Origin: a virus
Taxonomy: Duplodnaviria; Caudoviricetes
DNA: 64,000 nt
IMG/VR virus record: IMGVR_UViG_3300043464_002149
Reading direction: 5' to 3' (one strand)
Below the pieces are notes generated by a model that searched no databases, was not told the origin of the DNA, and worked only from the letters and a program-made list of their open reading frames with translations. The translations under genes were made by a program, and so were the position numbers. Shown piece after piece: positions 29,372-40,116 of the stretch; the first letter of the stretch is position 1; the number at the start of each line of letters is the position of its first letter.

Positions 29372-30603
29372 ATTATTTTTTTATTTAAAATATCTTTTAT
29401 TTTTGGGAACGTTTGTAGGAAGCTTTCACTTCTTATTTTATCAACTTCGCTTGTTACTTTTAAAAACGTGTTCATTTCTCCATTCTCTTTAGCATTGTAA
29501 TAAACACTATACAAATCATTATAATATTCATCACTAATTTTACCTTTTATTTCATCTATTTTTTTTCTTCTTACCTCTATTGGAAATAAATTAGCATTTT
29601 GATATGCTGGTGAAAAGACATGATTAGGAACTAATCTATATATTTTTCCAGTACCATCTAATTTATACAATCCCTCTGCAATTAGAAATTGAGCTAGTTC
29701 TTCAATATATAAAAAATTGAAAGCATTAACCGTTTGTGTAACTGATATATAAAAATCATATTCGTTTAGAAATCTTTTTAAGTTTGTTATTGTAAGCTCC
29801 CAATTACTTAAACTTCTAATAAAAGTGTTTCTATCTTTAACATCATCGATACTAACAGATATGGTGACATTGTTAAATGATTTTAATTTTTCTAACGTTG
29901 GTTTAATTGAATCAAAATTGTAATTAGCATTGGTTATGTAAGAAATTGTGGCATTTTTTGCGTACCCCTCACCAACCATTTTTTCTATCAGATAGTTGTG
30001 TTTTGGTACAAGAAATGGTTCACCACCACTAACCTGTATTAAATTTAAATCTGGGGTGTGTTTTACCAAATCGTCATAAAATTCTGCTTTGTCAGTCCAA
30101 TCATAACTTGTCCCCTCACTGTTTTTTAGAACATCATATGATGAAGGTAATGGTACAATATCTTTTAATTTATAATAATCCGTAATCCACGATGTACTCG
30201 ATTCAGCATTACAGGATCTGCATTTAAAGTTACAGTAATTACCCAGCCTTAATTCAACGTTCGTTAGATTTGGTTTAATGCTACCATCTTCATTTATTGA
30301 AATGTCAATAGGTGTTCTGGATTCCTTAATTCTTTTTGATATGTCGCCGTTCTGTTCTACATTATAACAAGTTAAACAAGCTTTAGGTATTTCACCATTT
30401 ACCATTTGCTTTCTAACTTTTTTAAAACTATCGGAATTGATAATTTTTTCAACACCTTGTTCAATGTTAAGCATTTTACCGTCTGTTTTAGCGAAAGTTT
30501 CATCAGCCCCCCAATTAGCTTCACAACATACAGAACAATGACCATGTGGGTGTACACTAATGTGGTTCCATAATAAGTTGCATATGAATTTTTTATTTTC
30601 CAT
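29368..30603 (-). CDS. Radical SAM protein with N-terminal twitch/SPASM-like domain
   Basis: CNLLW...VCC...CLTC, then CNFKCRSC and SGGEP. Confidence 0.9.
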   Translation of the reverse strand: MENKKFICNLLWNHISVHPHGHCSVCCEANWGADETFAKTDGKMLNIEQGVEKIINSDSFKKVRKQMVNGEIPKACLTCYNVEQNGDISKRIKESRTPIDISINEDGSIKPNLTNVELRLGNYCNFKCRSCNAESSTSWITDYYKLKDIVPLPSSYDVLKNSEGTSYDWTDKAEFYDDLVKHTPDLNLIQVSGGEPFLVPKHNYLIEKMVGEGYAKNATISYITNANYNFDSIKPTLEKLKSFNNVTISVSIDDVKDRNTFIRSLSNWELTITNLKRFLNEYDFYISVTQTVNAFNFLYIEELAQFLIAEGLYKLDGTGKIYRLVPNHVFSPAYQNANLFPIEVRRKKIDEIKGKISDEYYNDLYSVYYNAKENGEMNTFLKVTSEVDKIRSESFLQTFPKIKDILNKKII

Positions 30604-30606
30604 AAT

Positions 30607-31947
30607 CTATAATCTATTAAACCAAGTAATAAATTCGTTTGGCATGTATTCATCAATTGGCTTATTTCTTCTTATTGAATATTGATAAACGAATTTCTTT
30701 AAATCGTTTACTTTGTTTTCTCTACTGTCACTATCTTCATAAGACACGTCCACTTGTCTTAGGTATAAGACCAACCTCTCAAAATGATTTACTTCCCATT
30801 CTTCCATCCACGGTTTATTAAGATTAACCACAGATTCGATTTTACTTGCCAAGTCATTTTTGATATCCTGATCAATCATATTAATACTTTGAAAAGATGG
30901 GAATCTTAAAATGTTTACACTCATTGAGAATGTATGAATGTTATTGAATTCTTTTCTCCACTTTATAATTTCTTTTAAAAATAGATCAACAGTCCATATA
31001 CTTAAAACGCTGATAGTCATCATGATATTTAATCTTCTAACTTTTTTAGACCTCTCAACTTTAAACATATTTTCTTTCCACAAATCCCACTTAAATCCGT
31101 CTCTAACAAATTCCTGGTGTTTACCAAAACATTCTGCAGATGTATATATGTCTAATGATTTAAACTTATCAGATGAGTTAAGTAACTTATAAAGTCTTTC
31201 ATCATCCATAATGAGATTACTATTAACAGCAAAATCAAATTTATCATTATTACAAACGTCCAATAATTTCCAAAAAGACGGGCTTCTAGAAGGTTCTCCA
31301 CCGGATACCCGTAATTCTAATAATTCACCTCTAATTTCATCAAACCAATTAAAAAAATTATTTATATAAATGTTGTCTTCGTTTTTATTACCAAACGGCA
31401 TAGCGATCGACCCATCACTTTTATATGTTAATCCTCCATTAGTCTTCATCCCTTCATATTCCCCGTTAGTTAAAATATCTTTAGACCAGGTGGAACTAAA
31501 TTCTGAATTACAGTAACTACAAGCCAAATTACAAAGGTTATCAAAACAAATTTCAACAGTTTTAGGAATAACATTAGCATCCCACGGCATTGTTTTTATT
31601 TTTTCAATATCCTCCTTTGTATATCTAGATGTTTGATACATCCTATCGCTAAAAATATTTGGATTATCCTTTGCAGCATCTTCAACTCTCCAACAATATG
31701 AACATTCACTGGGTCTAATCCCGTCTAACATTTCTTTTCTTCTTTCTTTCTTGAAATTGGTGTTGTGTAATGCTGAAGGGTTATTATTTAGTTCTTCCAG
31801 TGGAATTGAATGTGCTAAAGGATGGTGACAAGACGCAGTCCTACCATTACCTAACCATATAGACACATTATACCACTTTGCAGCACAAAAAGATGAGGAA
31901 AACTCATCCATTAATTTTTTTATTTCAGTATATGGTATGTTAGACAT
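30607..31947 (-). CDS. Radical SAM protein, CxAKW...SCHHP subfamily
   Basis: CAAKW...SCHHP...CSYCW, then CNLACSYC and SGGEP. Confidence 0.9.
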   Translation of the reverse strand: MSNIPYTEIKKLMDEFSSSFCAAKWYNVSIWLGNGRTASCHHPLAHSIPLEELNNNPSALHNTNFKKERRKEMLDGIRPSECSYCWRVEDAAKDNPNIFSDRMYQTSRYTKEDIEKIKTMPWDANVIPKTVEICFDNLCNLACSYCNSEFSSTWSKDILTNGEYEGMKTNGGLTYKSDGSIAMPFGNKNEDNIYINNFFNWFDEIRGELLELRVSGGEPSRSPSFWKLLDVCNNDKFDFAVNSNLIMDDERLYKLLNSSDKFKSLDIYTSAECFGKHQEFVRDGFKWDLWKENMFKVERSKKVRRLNIMMTISVLSIWTVDLFLKEIIKWRKEFNNIHTFSMSVNILRFPSFQSINMIDQDIKNDLASKIESVVNLNKPWMEEWEVNHFERLVLYLRQVDVSYEDSDSRENKVNDLKKFVYQYSIRRNKPIDEYMPNEFITWFNRL

Positions 31948-32588
31948 TAAATGATCTTCTGTTTTGGCGCAACATTATTAAATGTGTCGATTGATTTATT
32001 AACATATTTTGGATCTTCAATTAAAATTCCATGGTTCCCATTACCACTTTTATCAAAGGTTTTAAATTTAGAATTTTGTTGGAAATCAATATTAATATAC
32101 ATATTTTTCTTTGTATAATCAAATGATGAATCATATATTATTATTTGATTGATCTCCCCGTTAAACCATTTTTCATTTTCATTATTATACGGATAAAGAG
32201 CGCCAATTAGTATCTTTTTATTTGAATAATCAACAATATTACCCTTAATTTTTGAGTCCATTAATATATCATTGAAATAAAGACTAATATACTCAGAAAC
32301 AGTCACTTTTATATCCATTATTTGTCTAATATCATCAACTACAAATCTAACATCATTGTAGATGTGTCCTGTTGTATACCAAACAAACTTAACAATATTT
32401 GGGAACTCTAAAAATAGCCCCATAGGGTAACCGTCTTTAGAGATCACACAAGATTCATTCTCGATAAAATCAATTAACTTAAAATTAGCGTGTATTGTAA
32501 AATCATTCTCTATTGAGGAATAATCTTTAATATTCGTATTATTCTTTGTTTTATTTGGAATGAAATATGATGTTTTATTGAATATCAT
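31947..32588 (-). CDS. LamG/concanavalin-like domain protein
   Basis: IGA...WFNGEINQIIIY...DKSGNGNHG. Confidence 0.65.
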   Translation of the reverse strand: MIFNKTSYFIPNKTKNNTNIKDYSSIENDFTIHANFKLIDFIENESCVISKDGYPMGLFLEFPNIVKFVWYTTGHIYNDVRFVVDDIRQIMDIKVTVSEYISLYFNDILMDSKIKGNIVDYSNKKILIGALYPYNNENEKWFNGEINQIIIYDSSFDYTKKNMYINIDFQQNSKFKTFDKSGNGNHGILIEDPKYVNKSIDTFNNVAPKQKII

Positions 32589-33957
32589 GATAAAATTTTT
32601 CTAGCTCTGGGAAAGTTTTAACGAAGTTTGTGCCTCTTCTTCTGTCATGTTCATCGACAAAAATTTTAAAATCTTTCTTATTTGTTTTTAACCATTCTTC
32701 ATCTTCCTTAACCAACATCCAGTCATGGATTCTATTTAGTTTATTGATTTCAATATCTGTAAAACCAAAACCATCCATACCAACTCTAACTTGTTCATAA
32801 AAATCCATTAATTGCGCTTGTTCTTTTACTTCTTTTATCCAATAATCATCTACGATTTTAACGGTCTGATACTCTGGGTATCTAAGGTATGAAGAATCTA
32901 AAATAATTGACGATCCATAGTATCTATAAGGATTATGGTATTCCTCTTTTAATTTATATACGTTTTTAATTAGTTCTTTATAATTTGGTATTGACAACGC
33001 ATTATATGTTGACATAATAATGATTGTAAGTGATGGGATCTCTTTTAATAAGATATTAATTCTATCCCAAACCAAATTAAAGTTCATCCCATTTCTAATA
33101 TATTCTGCCTGTTTTCCCCATGAATCTACACTAGTGAAAAGAATCACTTCATTAACCCTACCTTCATCAATTATTCTTTTTATTTTATTTAAAAAATCAT
33201 TAAATAACTTATCTGGTGCACCCAAATTGGTGTTTAAGGATAAATTTAAATTTTTATTTGGGTTGGGGTTTTCTATAATATAATCTAAAACCTTAAATGT
33301 GTCTTTAGATAGTAGTGGTTCTCCACCAGTAATTCTAAATGTGTGTAAATCTCTGTATAATTCTGGCCACCACTTCCAAAATGATTCAACATATGGGTTA
33401 TACTCATTGTGTGGAATTGGCATTTTGTTTTCGGCTTTTAACCAATCAAGATTACCAAAATCATTTGATGTTGGGTATTTACCATGTTGTAATATTTCTT
33501 GCATCCACTGTGACGAATATGATGGGCCGCAGTATGAACACTTGTAGTTACAATGATTACTAAAGGAAACTTCAACATACTTGGGATTGTAGTTTTCATC
33601 CCAATTAAGGTTTTTTATTTCATTAAGAAACGGCTTAGACCAGGGCTCAGATGATTTATAGGTTCGATCTGAAAATGCGTTAGACGAGTCTTCAATATTC
33701 CAACAGTAACCACATTCTTTCGGTTTCCCACCCTCTAACATCAACTTTCTTTGTTCCTTTTTGAACTGCGTGTTATGCAATGCGGATGGGTTATTACTTA
33801 ATTCATCCAACGGTATAAAATGTGGCGAGGGGTGATGACACGAATGAGTTTGCCCCATTTGTAAATGTAGCGTAACCTGTGTCCATTTCGCTAAACAAAA
33901 CCCACAGCCAACTGAATTCAATTCTTTTCTGGTCTTATCAAAAATTTCATTTAGCAT
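32575..33957 (-). CDS. Radical SAM protein, CxAKW...SCHHP subfamily
   Basis: CLAKW...SCHHP...CGYCW, then CNYKCSYC and TGGEP. Confidence 0.9.
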   Translation of the reverse strand: MLNEIFDKTRKELNSVGCGFCLAKWTQVTLHLQMGQTHSCHHPSPHFIPLDELSNNPSALHNTQFKKEQRKLMLEGGKPKECGYCWNIEDSSNAFSDRTYKSSEPWSKPFLNEIKNLNWDENYNPKYVEVSFSNHCNYKCSYCGPSYSSQWMQEILQHGKYPTSNDFGNLDWLKAENKMPIPHNEYNPYVESFWKWWPELYRDLHTFRITGGEPLLSKDTFKVLDYIIENPNPNKNLNLSLNTNLGAPDKLFNDFLNKIKRIIDEGRVNEVILFTSVDSWGKQAEYIRNGMNFNLVWDRINILLKEIPSLTIIIMSTYNALSIPNYKELIKNVYKLKEEYHNPYRYYGSSIILDSSYLRYPEYQTVKIVDDYWIKEVKEQAQLMDFYEQVRVGMDGFGFTDIEINKLNRIHDWMLVKEDEEWLKTNKKDFKIFVDEHDRRRGTNFVKTFPELEKFYHDIQ

Positions 33958-33960
33958 TTT

Positions 33961-34542
33961 CTATATTTTATGTAAGAAGTTACAATTGTTTGTTAAATCG
34001 TAACTTTTATTGTGTATAAACTTATCAAATGTATGCTCCGATATTAATACATCATCTTTCTTAATAGATAGATAAGAAAGAACACCATCAAAGTAATTTA
34101 AATTGAAACCATTCTTGGGAAAATTACCGGAACCGAAAATGATATGTGGTCTTTCATCACTAACCAACTTTGTACTCAAATCAATATCAAATAATAACTC
34201 ATCATTTATAGATAGTTTTATATTAAAACCACTTTTTATTATTTCTAAGCTATATTTTTTATTTGGCACCCATTGATAATTTTTGGTTAAATATTTTGTA
34301 TCATTTCCTTCCTCACTATAAACCATCAACAAACCGTGGCTTTCAATATCAATCCCAAAATATGTTGGTAACTTAGCGAACAGAGTCATTTTTTCATTAA
34401 CAATGTTAGATAATTTAAATTCCAATGAAAAATTGAAATCACCTTCGTAATCAAATATTTTATTACTTGGGTATTCAATAAAATTATCGACAAGAAAGTC
34501 TGGCCACATTACCCAAATATTATCTTTATTTATTTTTAACAT
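33961..34542 (-). CDS. LamG/concanavalin-like domain protein
   Basis: FNFSLEF...IIFGSG...YFDG...YDLTNNCN. Confidence 0.55.
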   Translation of the reverse strand: MLKINKDNIWVMWPDFLVDNFIEYPSNKIFDYEGDFNFSLEFKLSNIVNEKMTLFAKLPTYFGIDIESHGLLMVYSEEGNDTKYLTKNYQWVPNKKYSLEIIKSGFNIKLSINDELLFDIDLSTKLVSDERPHIIFGSGNFPKNGFNLNYFDGVLSYLSIKKDDVLISEHTFDKFIHNKSYDLTNNCNFLHKI

Positions 34543-35908
34543 CGTTATATAAGCTTTTTAATTGTGGGAAAGTTGAAATGAAATCTGTTCCCCTTCTTTC
34601 ATCATATTCGTCAACAAATGCTACGAAATCTTTTCTGTTTTGTTCAACATCAAAGGTATCATCATTCGCTATTGCATAATCATAAATTCTCTTTATTTTT
34701 TGTACCTCAACATCTGAAAACCCAACATTGTCATAATTAAATTCTGGGGTAGCATAATAAAACGCTTTTTTTGCCGACTCTAAAATAAGTTCTTTATGTT
34801 CTTTATCTAAAATCTTCACAGATAAATGTTTAGGCCATCTTAAATAAGAAGTATCTAACTGTATTGCAGAAATCCAATATCTAAGATCGTTAGCATGTTT
34901 TTTCTTCATAAGAAATGTTTGTTCTATAACATCACTGTATGTAAAGACAGATAACGCATTAAATGTTGCCATAACATTAATTGTTACTTTGGGTAGCTTT
35001 GTTAATATTTTATCTACATTCAACCAAAATTTTTCATAATCTAGACCGTATCTAACATATTCCGCTTGTTTATCTTTTGCCTCAACTGAAGTAAAAATAA
35101 TTAATTCTTTCACTTTATTATTATCACATAAATCTTTAGCAATTTCAATAAACCTATCTATTAAGTTATCCGGAACACCTAAGTTACTATTAATCGCCAA
35201 TGACAAATTAGGATTATCCTCCCAATTTGTTTGAATATATTCTAAAACCTTAAAGGTATCTTTAGCTAATAATGGTTCACCGCCGGTAATTCTAAATGTG
35301 TGTAGATCTTTATATAAATTTGGCCACCATTCCCAAAACGCCTCTAGATATGGGTTATGTTCTGAGTGTTTATATGGCATTTCTTTTTTCGCCTCTAATT
35401 CTTTAATGTTGTTATAATTGGTTGATGTTTTATAACCACCAAACTTTTCTATCTCCTCAACCCATTTCGAAGAATATTGAGGGCCACAATATGCACATTT
35501 GAAATTACAAGTATTAGAAAAAGAAACTTCGACATATCTTGGGTTAAATTCTTCTCGCCAATGAGACTCTTTTATTTGCTCAAAATATGGTAATGACCAT
35601 GGTTCGGATGATTTAAAAACACGATCAGAAAAATTATTACTGTTGTCTTCTATATTCCAACAATAGTTACATTCTTTTGGTTTCCCCCCTTCCATCATTT
35701 CCTTTCTTTGCATCTTTTTATAACGAGTATTATGTAATGCTGATGGATCTCTTTTTATCTCTGCTATCGGGATTTTATGTTGAGCTGGGTGGTGGCAAGA
35801 GTGTGTTAAACCAATACCTAAATGCATGGTAACTTGTGTCCATTTTGCTAAACAAAACCCACAACCAACACCATCTAATAACTCTTTTGTGTCTTTAAAA
35901 TTATTCAT
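34526..35908 (-). CDS. Radical SAM protein, CxAKW...SCHHP subfamily
   Basis: CLAKW...SCHHP...CNYCW, then CNFKCAYC; close paralog of 32575..33957. Confidence 0.9.
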   Translation of the reverse strand: MNNFKDTKELLDGVGCGFCLAKWTQVTMHLGIGLTHSCHHPAQHKIPIAEIKRDPSALHNTRYKKMQRKEMMEGGKPKECNYCWNIEDNSNNFSDRVFKSSEPWSLPYFEQIKESHWREEFNPRYVEVSFSNTCNFKCAYCGPQYSSKWVEEIEKFGGYKTSTNYNNIKELEAKKEMPYKHSEHNPYLEAFWEWWPNLYKDLHTFRITGGEPLLAKDTFKVLEYIQTNWEDNPNLSLAINSNLGVPDNLIDRFIEIAKDLCDNNKVKELIIFTSVEAKDKQAEYVRYGLDYEKFWLNVDKILTKLPKVTINVMATFNALSVFTYSDVIEQTFLMKKKHANDLRYWISAIQLDTSYLRWPKHLSVKILDKEHKELILESAKKAFYYATPEFNYDNVGFSDVEVQKIKRIYDYAIANDDTFDVEQNRKDFVAFVDEYDERRGTDFISTFPQLKSLYNDVKNK

Positions 35909-37102
35909 TTAAAACATTATTTCAATCCATGGACAGATTTCTTTGTAATCAGTATTCCTCATACTATCTAATTTTTCCAAGTATTCTTTTAAATCATTTT
36001 TAGTTTGATTACCCCTTATTATCGATGAGTCAATTTTTAAATGATTAATAAAATCATTCATTATTGATACCGTTTTACTATAGTATTCTTTTTTACTTAA
36101 ATTTTCATTTATGTAATCAATTACTTTATTTTTAAATTCTGTTGGTGCCGCACCTACCGCAAACCAGTAAGGTGTTGTCGCCCAGTGAATGTGTATCAAA
36201 TCTTTTTTAGTATAGTTGTTATCTAAAACATAATCAATAAAGTCAAAGGTATGAAATACATTCATCATTGTGATAGTATATTCAATTTCAGCATTAACAT
36301 TTGGGTGTGTTAAATTGAAATCCGCAATTTTTTTGATATTATCAAAGAACTTTTCAGAGATGAATCCAGTTCTCTGAAACTCACCAACCTTTCCGTATCC
36401 ATCACATGAACACCCAATTATTACGTTTTTGAATTTTTTTAATGCTTCAAGAATATCAATTTGTTTATATTTTAAATTCGATAAATTAGAATTTATATAA
36501 ACATTAATATTCTTTGCTTGATCTTCACTAAATCTATCAATTAGTTTGAATACATCTTCATTAATAAACGGTTCGCCTCCAGCGATATAAAGATGTTCAA
36601 TATAATTTAAATCTTCATCAGAAAATTTATTAACTGGGTCTTCACCAATCTTATAATGCTTACTATAAAGGTTGTTCATACCAACACCATAAATTTCAAT
36701 CAAATCATCAAGCCACGACGATGATAATGTTGGGCCACACATTCTACATTTAAAATTACATAAGTTGGAAAATCTCACGTCCAAATACTGTAACTTATTT
36801 ATAGAATAATCTTCATTAAACAATTCTGGATCATCAAACTTTTCTTTCCAGTTATTATTCCAAACATCTTTTAGGGTGTTACCCTTTTTAAAACAAATAT
36901 CACATGGTTTAGGGGTTATACCATTATCCATGTCTTCTCTTAGTTTTTTGAATTGTTTACTGTTTAATAGATCCATTACATTATCATAATCGGACCACAG
37001 TAATTTTTCTTCAAAATTATCAGCAACACAACAAGGTCTAACTAACCCATCTGGGTTTACATACAAAGAAGTATATGCTAAAATACATTGAGTATCTTTC
37101 AT
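35909..37102 (-). CDS. Radical SAM protein with N-terminal twitch/SPASM-like domain
   Basis: CILAY...PCC...CDIC, then CNFKCRMC and AGGEP. Confidence 0.9.
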   Translation of the reverse strand: MKDTQCILAYTSLYVNPDGLVRPCCVADNFEEKLLWSDYDNVMDLLNSKQFKKLREDMDNGITPKPCDICFKKGNTLKDVWNNNWKEKFDDPELFNEDYSINKLQYLDVRFSNLCNFKCRMCGPTLSSSWLDDLIEIYGVGMNNLYSKHYKIGEDPVNKFSDEDLNYIEHLYIAGGEPFINEDVFKLIDRFSEDQAKNINVYINSNLSNLKYKQIDILEALKKFKNVIIGCSCDGYGKVGEFQRTGFISEKFFDNIKKIADFNLTHPNVNAEIEYTITMMNVFHTFDFIDYVLDNNYTKKDLIHIHWATTPYWFAVGAAPTEFKNKVIDYINENLSKKEYYSKTVSIMNDFINHLKIDSSIIRGNQTKNDLKEYLEKLDSMRNTDYKEICPWIEIMF

Positions 37103-38496
37103 TTCATTTTACAATTTATAAATTTTGTGTTAGGGTATGTTAAATCATCAATATTATCTATTTCCAAAACATTTAATATTTGTGATAAACCATCGTTTTT
37201 ATATTCTATTTTTTTCTGTTGCATTTCTGTAACAAACCTTTTTTCATTTCTAGCTGTTGTTTCCCCCTTTGCCCATTTTCCATTTACAAACCCTTCATCA
37301 ATATGAGGTAAACAATAGAACCTACTATCTCTACGATATGGAATAACATTTTCAATCACTTCAATATCTTCTTTAGTGAATTGTACATTTTGATTTATAA
37401 AAGCCACATTATTAAAATCAGAATTTAAAATCAAATTGTCGGTATTTTGATCCATCTCTTTTATATTGTCAAAAAATCTATTATAAATTTTAACATCTGA
37501 GATTTTACCTTTGTAATAAACATTTGAATGGTTACAAAAACCGATTAAAAAAGGTTTGATAGCATCATGCGTTTTTAAATCATTACCAATTGAGAACGGT
37601 GTGTTTTGTTTTACCCCATTCATTTGACAAATTAGTTCATCATTTACATAAAAGTACACTTTTTTCTCCTCACTATTAAAACTTAATGTTACTTGTGTCC
37701 ACAACCCTTCAAACCTCTTAGCCCAGTTATAGTGATGCATACCATTTCTGTCAAATAATTGCATTGTTACTGCTCTAGAATTATTGAAAGACATTCCCCA
37801 AGTCCAGCTACCATCTTTTCTAATTAACGGGTATTCAACAAAAATTCTTTGTTCATCACCAACAAGCCAAATAGGTACTTTATCATTTTGTTGTTCAGCA
37901 TTAAAGGTTATTGTAATTGTATGGTCATTATGTAAACACGAACTTATTTCTCTACTCGTAGGGAACGTTAAAAAAGAATTTGAACCATTAAAGTTAGCAA
38001 CAATCTTATCGGTTTCTTTTCTAATAACTCTACCGGTTGTTAAACCTTCAAAATAACATCTCCAAAATAAATCATCATCTTCTTGCCCCCAATCCCAATA
38101 ATCATTTGAATAACCATTGGTTGCTTCCGTTTGCTCCTTATTGAAAAGGACGACACCACCAAAGTATTGATCATAACCTAAGTTATAACCATATTTGGAA
38201 AGTTTTGTTGCTATGTGCATTGGTGTTTGATCTGGATAAGAATAATCAGCTTCTTCTTGTGGTAACATATCTACATCATGCCACGCTATATAATCACATC
38301 CGTCTTCGAATGCTACATGTGCTGCAATATTTTTCATTGCCCCCCTATTAAATAATTTATCATCAATCTGATGACCGACATAAAACGAATGGTTAATACC
38401 CCTTTCATTTAAATGATTTGATAAATGTGGTATTAACCTATCAATATGTTCTTTTCTGTTTCTATATGGTATACAAATACCTAATTTATGCGTCAT
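37099..38496 (-). CDS. GT7 (beta-1,4-galactosyltransferase-like) glycosyltransferase with inserted LamG domain
   Basis: IPYRNR, FNRG, HDVD, FGGV, GYSN.YW.WGQEDDD; then a LamG-like insert; then the GT7 C-terminal part (PYRRDSRFYCLPH). Confidence 0.85.
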   Translation of the reverse strand: MTHKLGICIPYRNRKEHIDRLIPHLSNHLNERGINHSFYVGHQIDDKLFNRGAMKNIAAHVAFEDGCDYIAWHDVDMLPQEEADYSYPDQTPMHIATKLSKYGYNLGYDQYFGGVVLFNKEQTEATNGYSNDYWDWGQEDDDLFWRCYFEGLTTGRVIRKETDKIVANFNGSNSFLTFPTSREISSCLHNDHTITITFNAEQQNDKVPIWLVGDEQRIFVEYPLIRKDGSWTWGMSFNNSRAVTMQLFDRNGMHHYNWAKRFEGLWTQVTLSFNSEEKKVYFYVNDELICQMNGVKQNTPFSIGNDLKTHDAIKPFLIGFCNHSNVYYKGKISDVKIYNRFFDNIKEMDQNTDNLILNSDFNNVAFINQNVQFTKEDIEVIENVIPYRRDSRFYCLPHIDEGFVNGKWAKGETTARNEKRFVTEMQQKKIEYKNDGLSQILNVLEIDNIDDLTYPNTKFINCKMK

Positions 38497-39920
38497 ATTC
38501 CTACATTAACGTGTAAAATTTTATTATTATGTGTTTTACCATGTTCAATGAAATTTAAATCAGATAAACCATCTTCTTTCATTAAATGGGTGTTTAGTGA
38601 AACTTCATTATGAAACCTTAATTGGTTCCACCTTGTTGCTTGATCTTTCCAACGGTTCCCTAAAAAACCATTTTCTTCATGTTTTAAAGATTTGAATAAA
38701 GATCTTCTTCTATAAGGTATTTTTACTTCTTTATAGTTAGTATATTCTTGACTTATTATTTCGCAATTCACTATTTTACCATCATTACCATTATTTGTTA
38801 AATCTTTTAATTTGTAATTTTCGATATGATCCGCTTCATAATATATTTTAAGCGAGTTTTGTGAATGATATTTTCCAAATGATTCGTTTAAATAATGATT
38901 TGTATTATATGATAATTCTTTAATTTCTTCATCACTTAACATTTCATCATAATAAGCAAAAGAATCTATTTTCCCTTTAAAAAAATTAGGTATCTTCTCT
39001 CTGTCTGGTTTACCCACACCTAAGTAAAAATTTGGTTCTTTTCTGTAAAAATATAATTTTTTAAATTGTTCGGTTTGACCTAAAAATTCACCGTCTTGAT
39101 ATACTTTAATTATATTGTTTTCTCTATCTAAAACAATCACCATATTTGTTTTATAGTTTGTTTTGATTTTGGAATTAATGAAGTATGGATTATATGAGCT
39201 ATCAAAAGCACAAAAATTATATCTCATAAATGAATTGTAGCAAATAGCAAAATCCCAACCAGGAATGCTAAACACAGTAAATTCATCAGATTCTTTGGTA
39301 TGATCCAAAACAATTTTTTCTGGATAAAATGAAATAAAAAAAGTTGCATTATTATTTAAATCTATTGTGTTTTTACATTCAACATATGCATCAACACCAT
39401 TAAACATTAACGCTTTATCACTCTTAGTCAAGTTTTTAAATTCAAGAGTATCTAAATCTAAACCATTTACTACACATCTTAATAAAAGTTCTGTATCTTC
39501 ATAACCCCACCCCCAATACTTGTTTGAGTATCCGTTAATTTTTTCGAAATCTTCAATGGTAAACATCGTAACCCCACCAAAATATTCATCAAATATTTCT
39601 CTCTTTTTCTCACCTTCTTCTAGTTTAAAATCAGTTGCAAGATGTAATGGTTTTTTTGAATATGAATAATCAACATTTATTGGTAACATATCAACATCAT
39701 GAAAAACAATGTAGTCACAATTTAATATTTTTGCATAGGTATATCCTATGTTCAATAACATACCTCTATTAAATTGTTTAGCATTGTCCTGATTAATTAC
39801 TATAATCTCATAGTTAATTTCCTTATTTTTAAAATACTTCGCCATGTGACTTGAAAATAACCTCAAATCACGCTGTCTGTTTCTATAAGGAACTATGATA
39901 CCAAGTTTGTGTTTATCCAT
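38493..39920 (-). CDS. GT7-like glycosyltransferase with inserted LamG domain
   Basis: VPYRNR, FNRGMLLN, HDVD, FGGV, GYSNKYWGWGYED; LamG insert FNGVD...FKGKID...LTNNGNDG. Confidence 0.85.
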   Translation of the reverse strand: MDKHKLGIIVPYRNRQRDLRLFSSHMAKYFKNKEINYEIIVINQDNAKQFNRGMLLNIGYTYAKILNCDYIVFHDVDMLPINVDYSYSKKPLHLATDFKLEEGEKKREIFDEYFGGVTMFTIEDFEKINGYSNKYWGWGYEDTELLLRCVVNGLDLDTLEFKNLTKSDKALMFNGVDAYVECKNTIDLNNNATFFISFYPEKIVLDHTKESDEFTVFSIPGWDFAICYNSFMRYNFCAFDSSYNPYFINSKIKTNYKTNMVIVLDRENNIIKVYQDGEFLGQTEQFKKLYFYRKEPNFYLGVGKPDREKIPNFFKGKIDSFAYYDEMLSDEEIKELSYNTNHYLNESFGKYHSQNSLKIYYEADHIENYKLKDLTNNGNDGKIVNCEIISQEYTNYKEVKIPYRRRSLFKSLKHEENGFLGNRWKDQATRWNQLRFHNEVSLNTHLMKEDGLSDLNFIEHGKTHNNKILHVNVGI

Positions 39921-40116
39921 TAATAGTAGGGTCTTTTGGTTTTGTTGTGTCGTGCCACTCGGATAAGTAATATTGAATTCTATCGCTCCATTCCTTTTTA
40001 TCTATTTCTTCAAACCAAATCGTTAGTGCATCTAATGAATTAGCGATCTTTTCAAGTGCTTTTACTTTTCTTTCTTCTAACTTTTGAAGTTGTTCTTCTT
40101 TTTCTGATTTTGTCAT
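39913..40116 (-). CDS. Hypothetical protein (67 aa)
   Basis: Co-oriented ORF overlapping both neighbours. Confidence 0.55.
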   Translation of the reverse strand: MTKSEKEEQLQKLEERKVKALEKIANSLDALTIWFEEIDKKEWSDRIQYYLSEWHDTTKPKDPTING

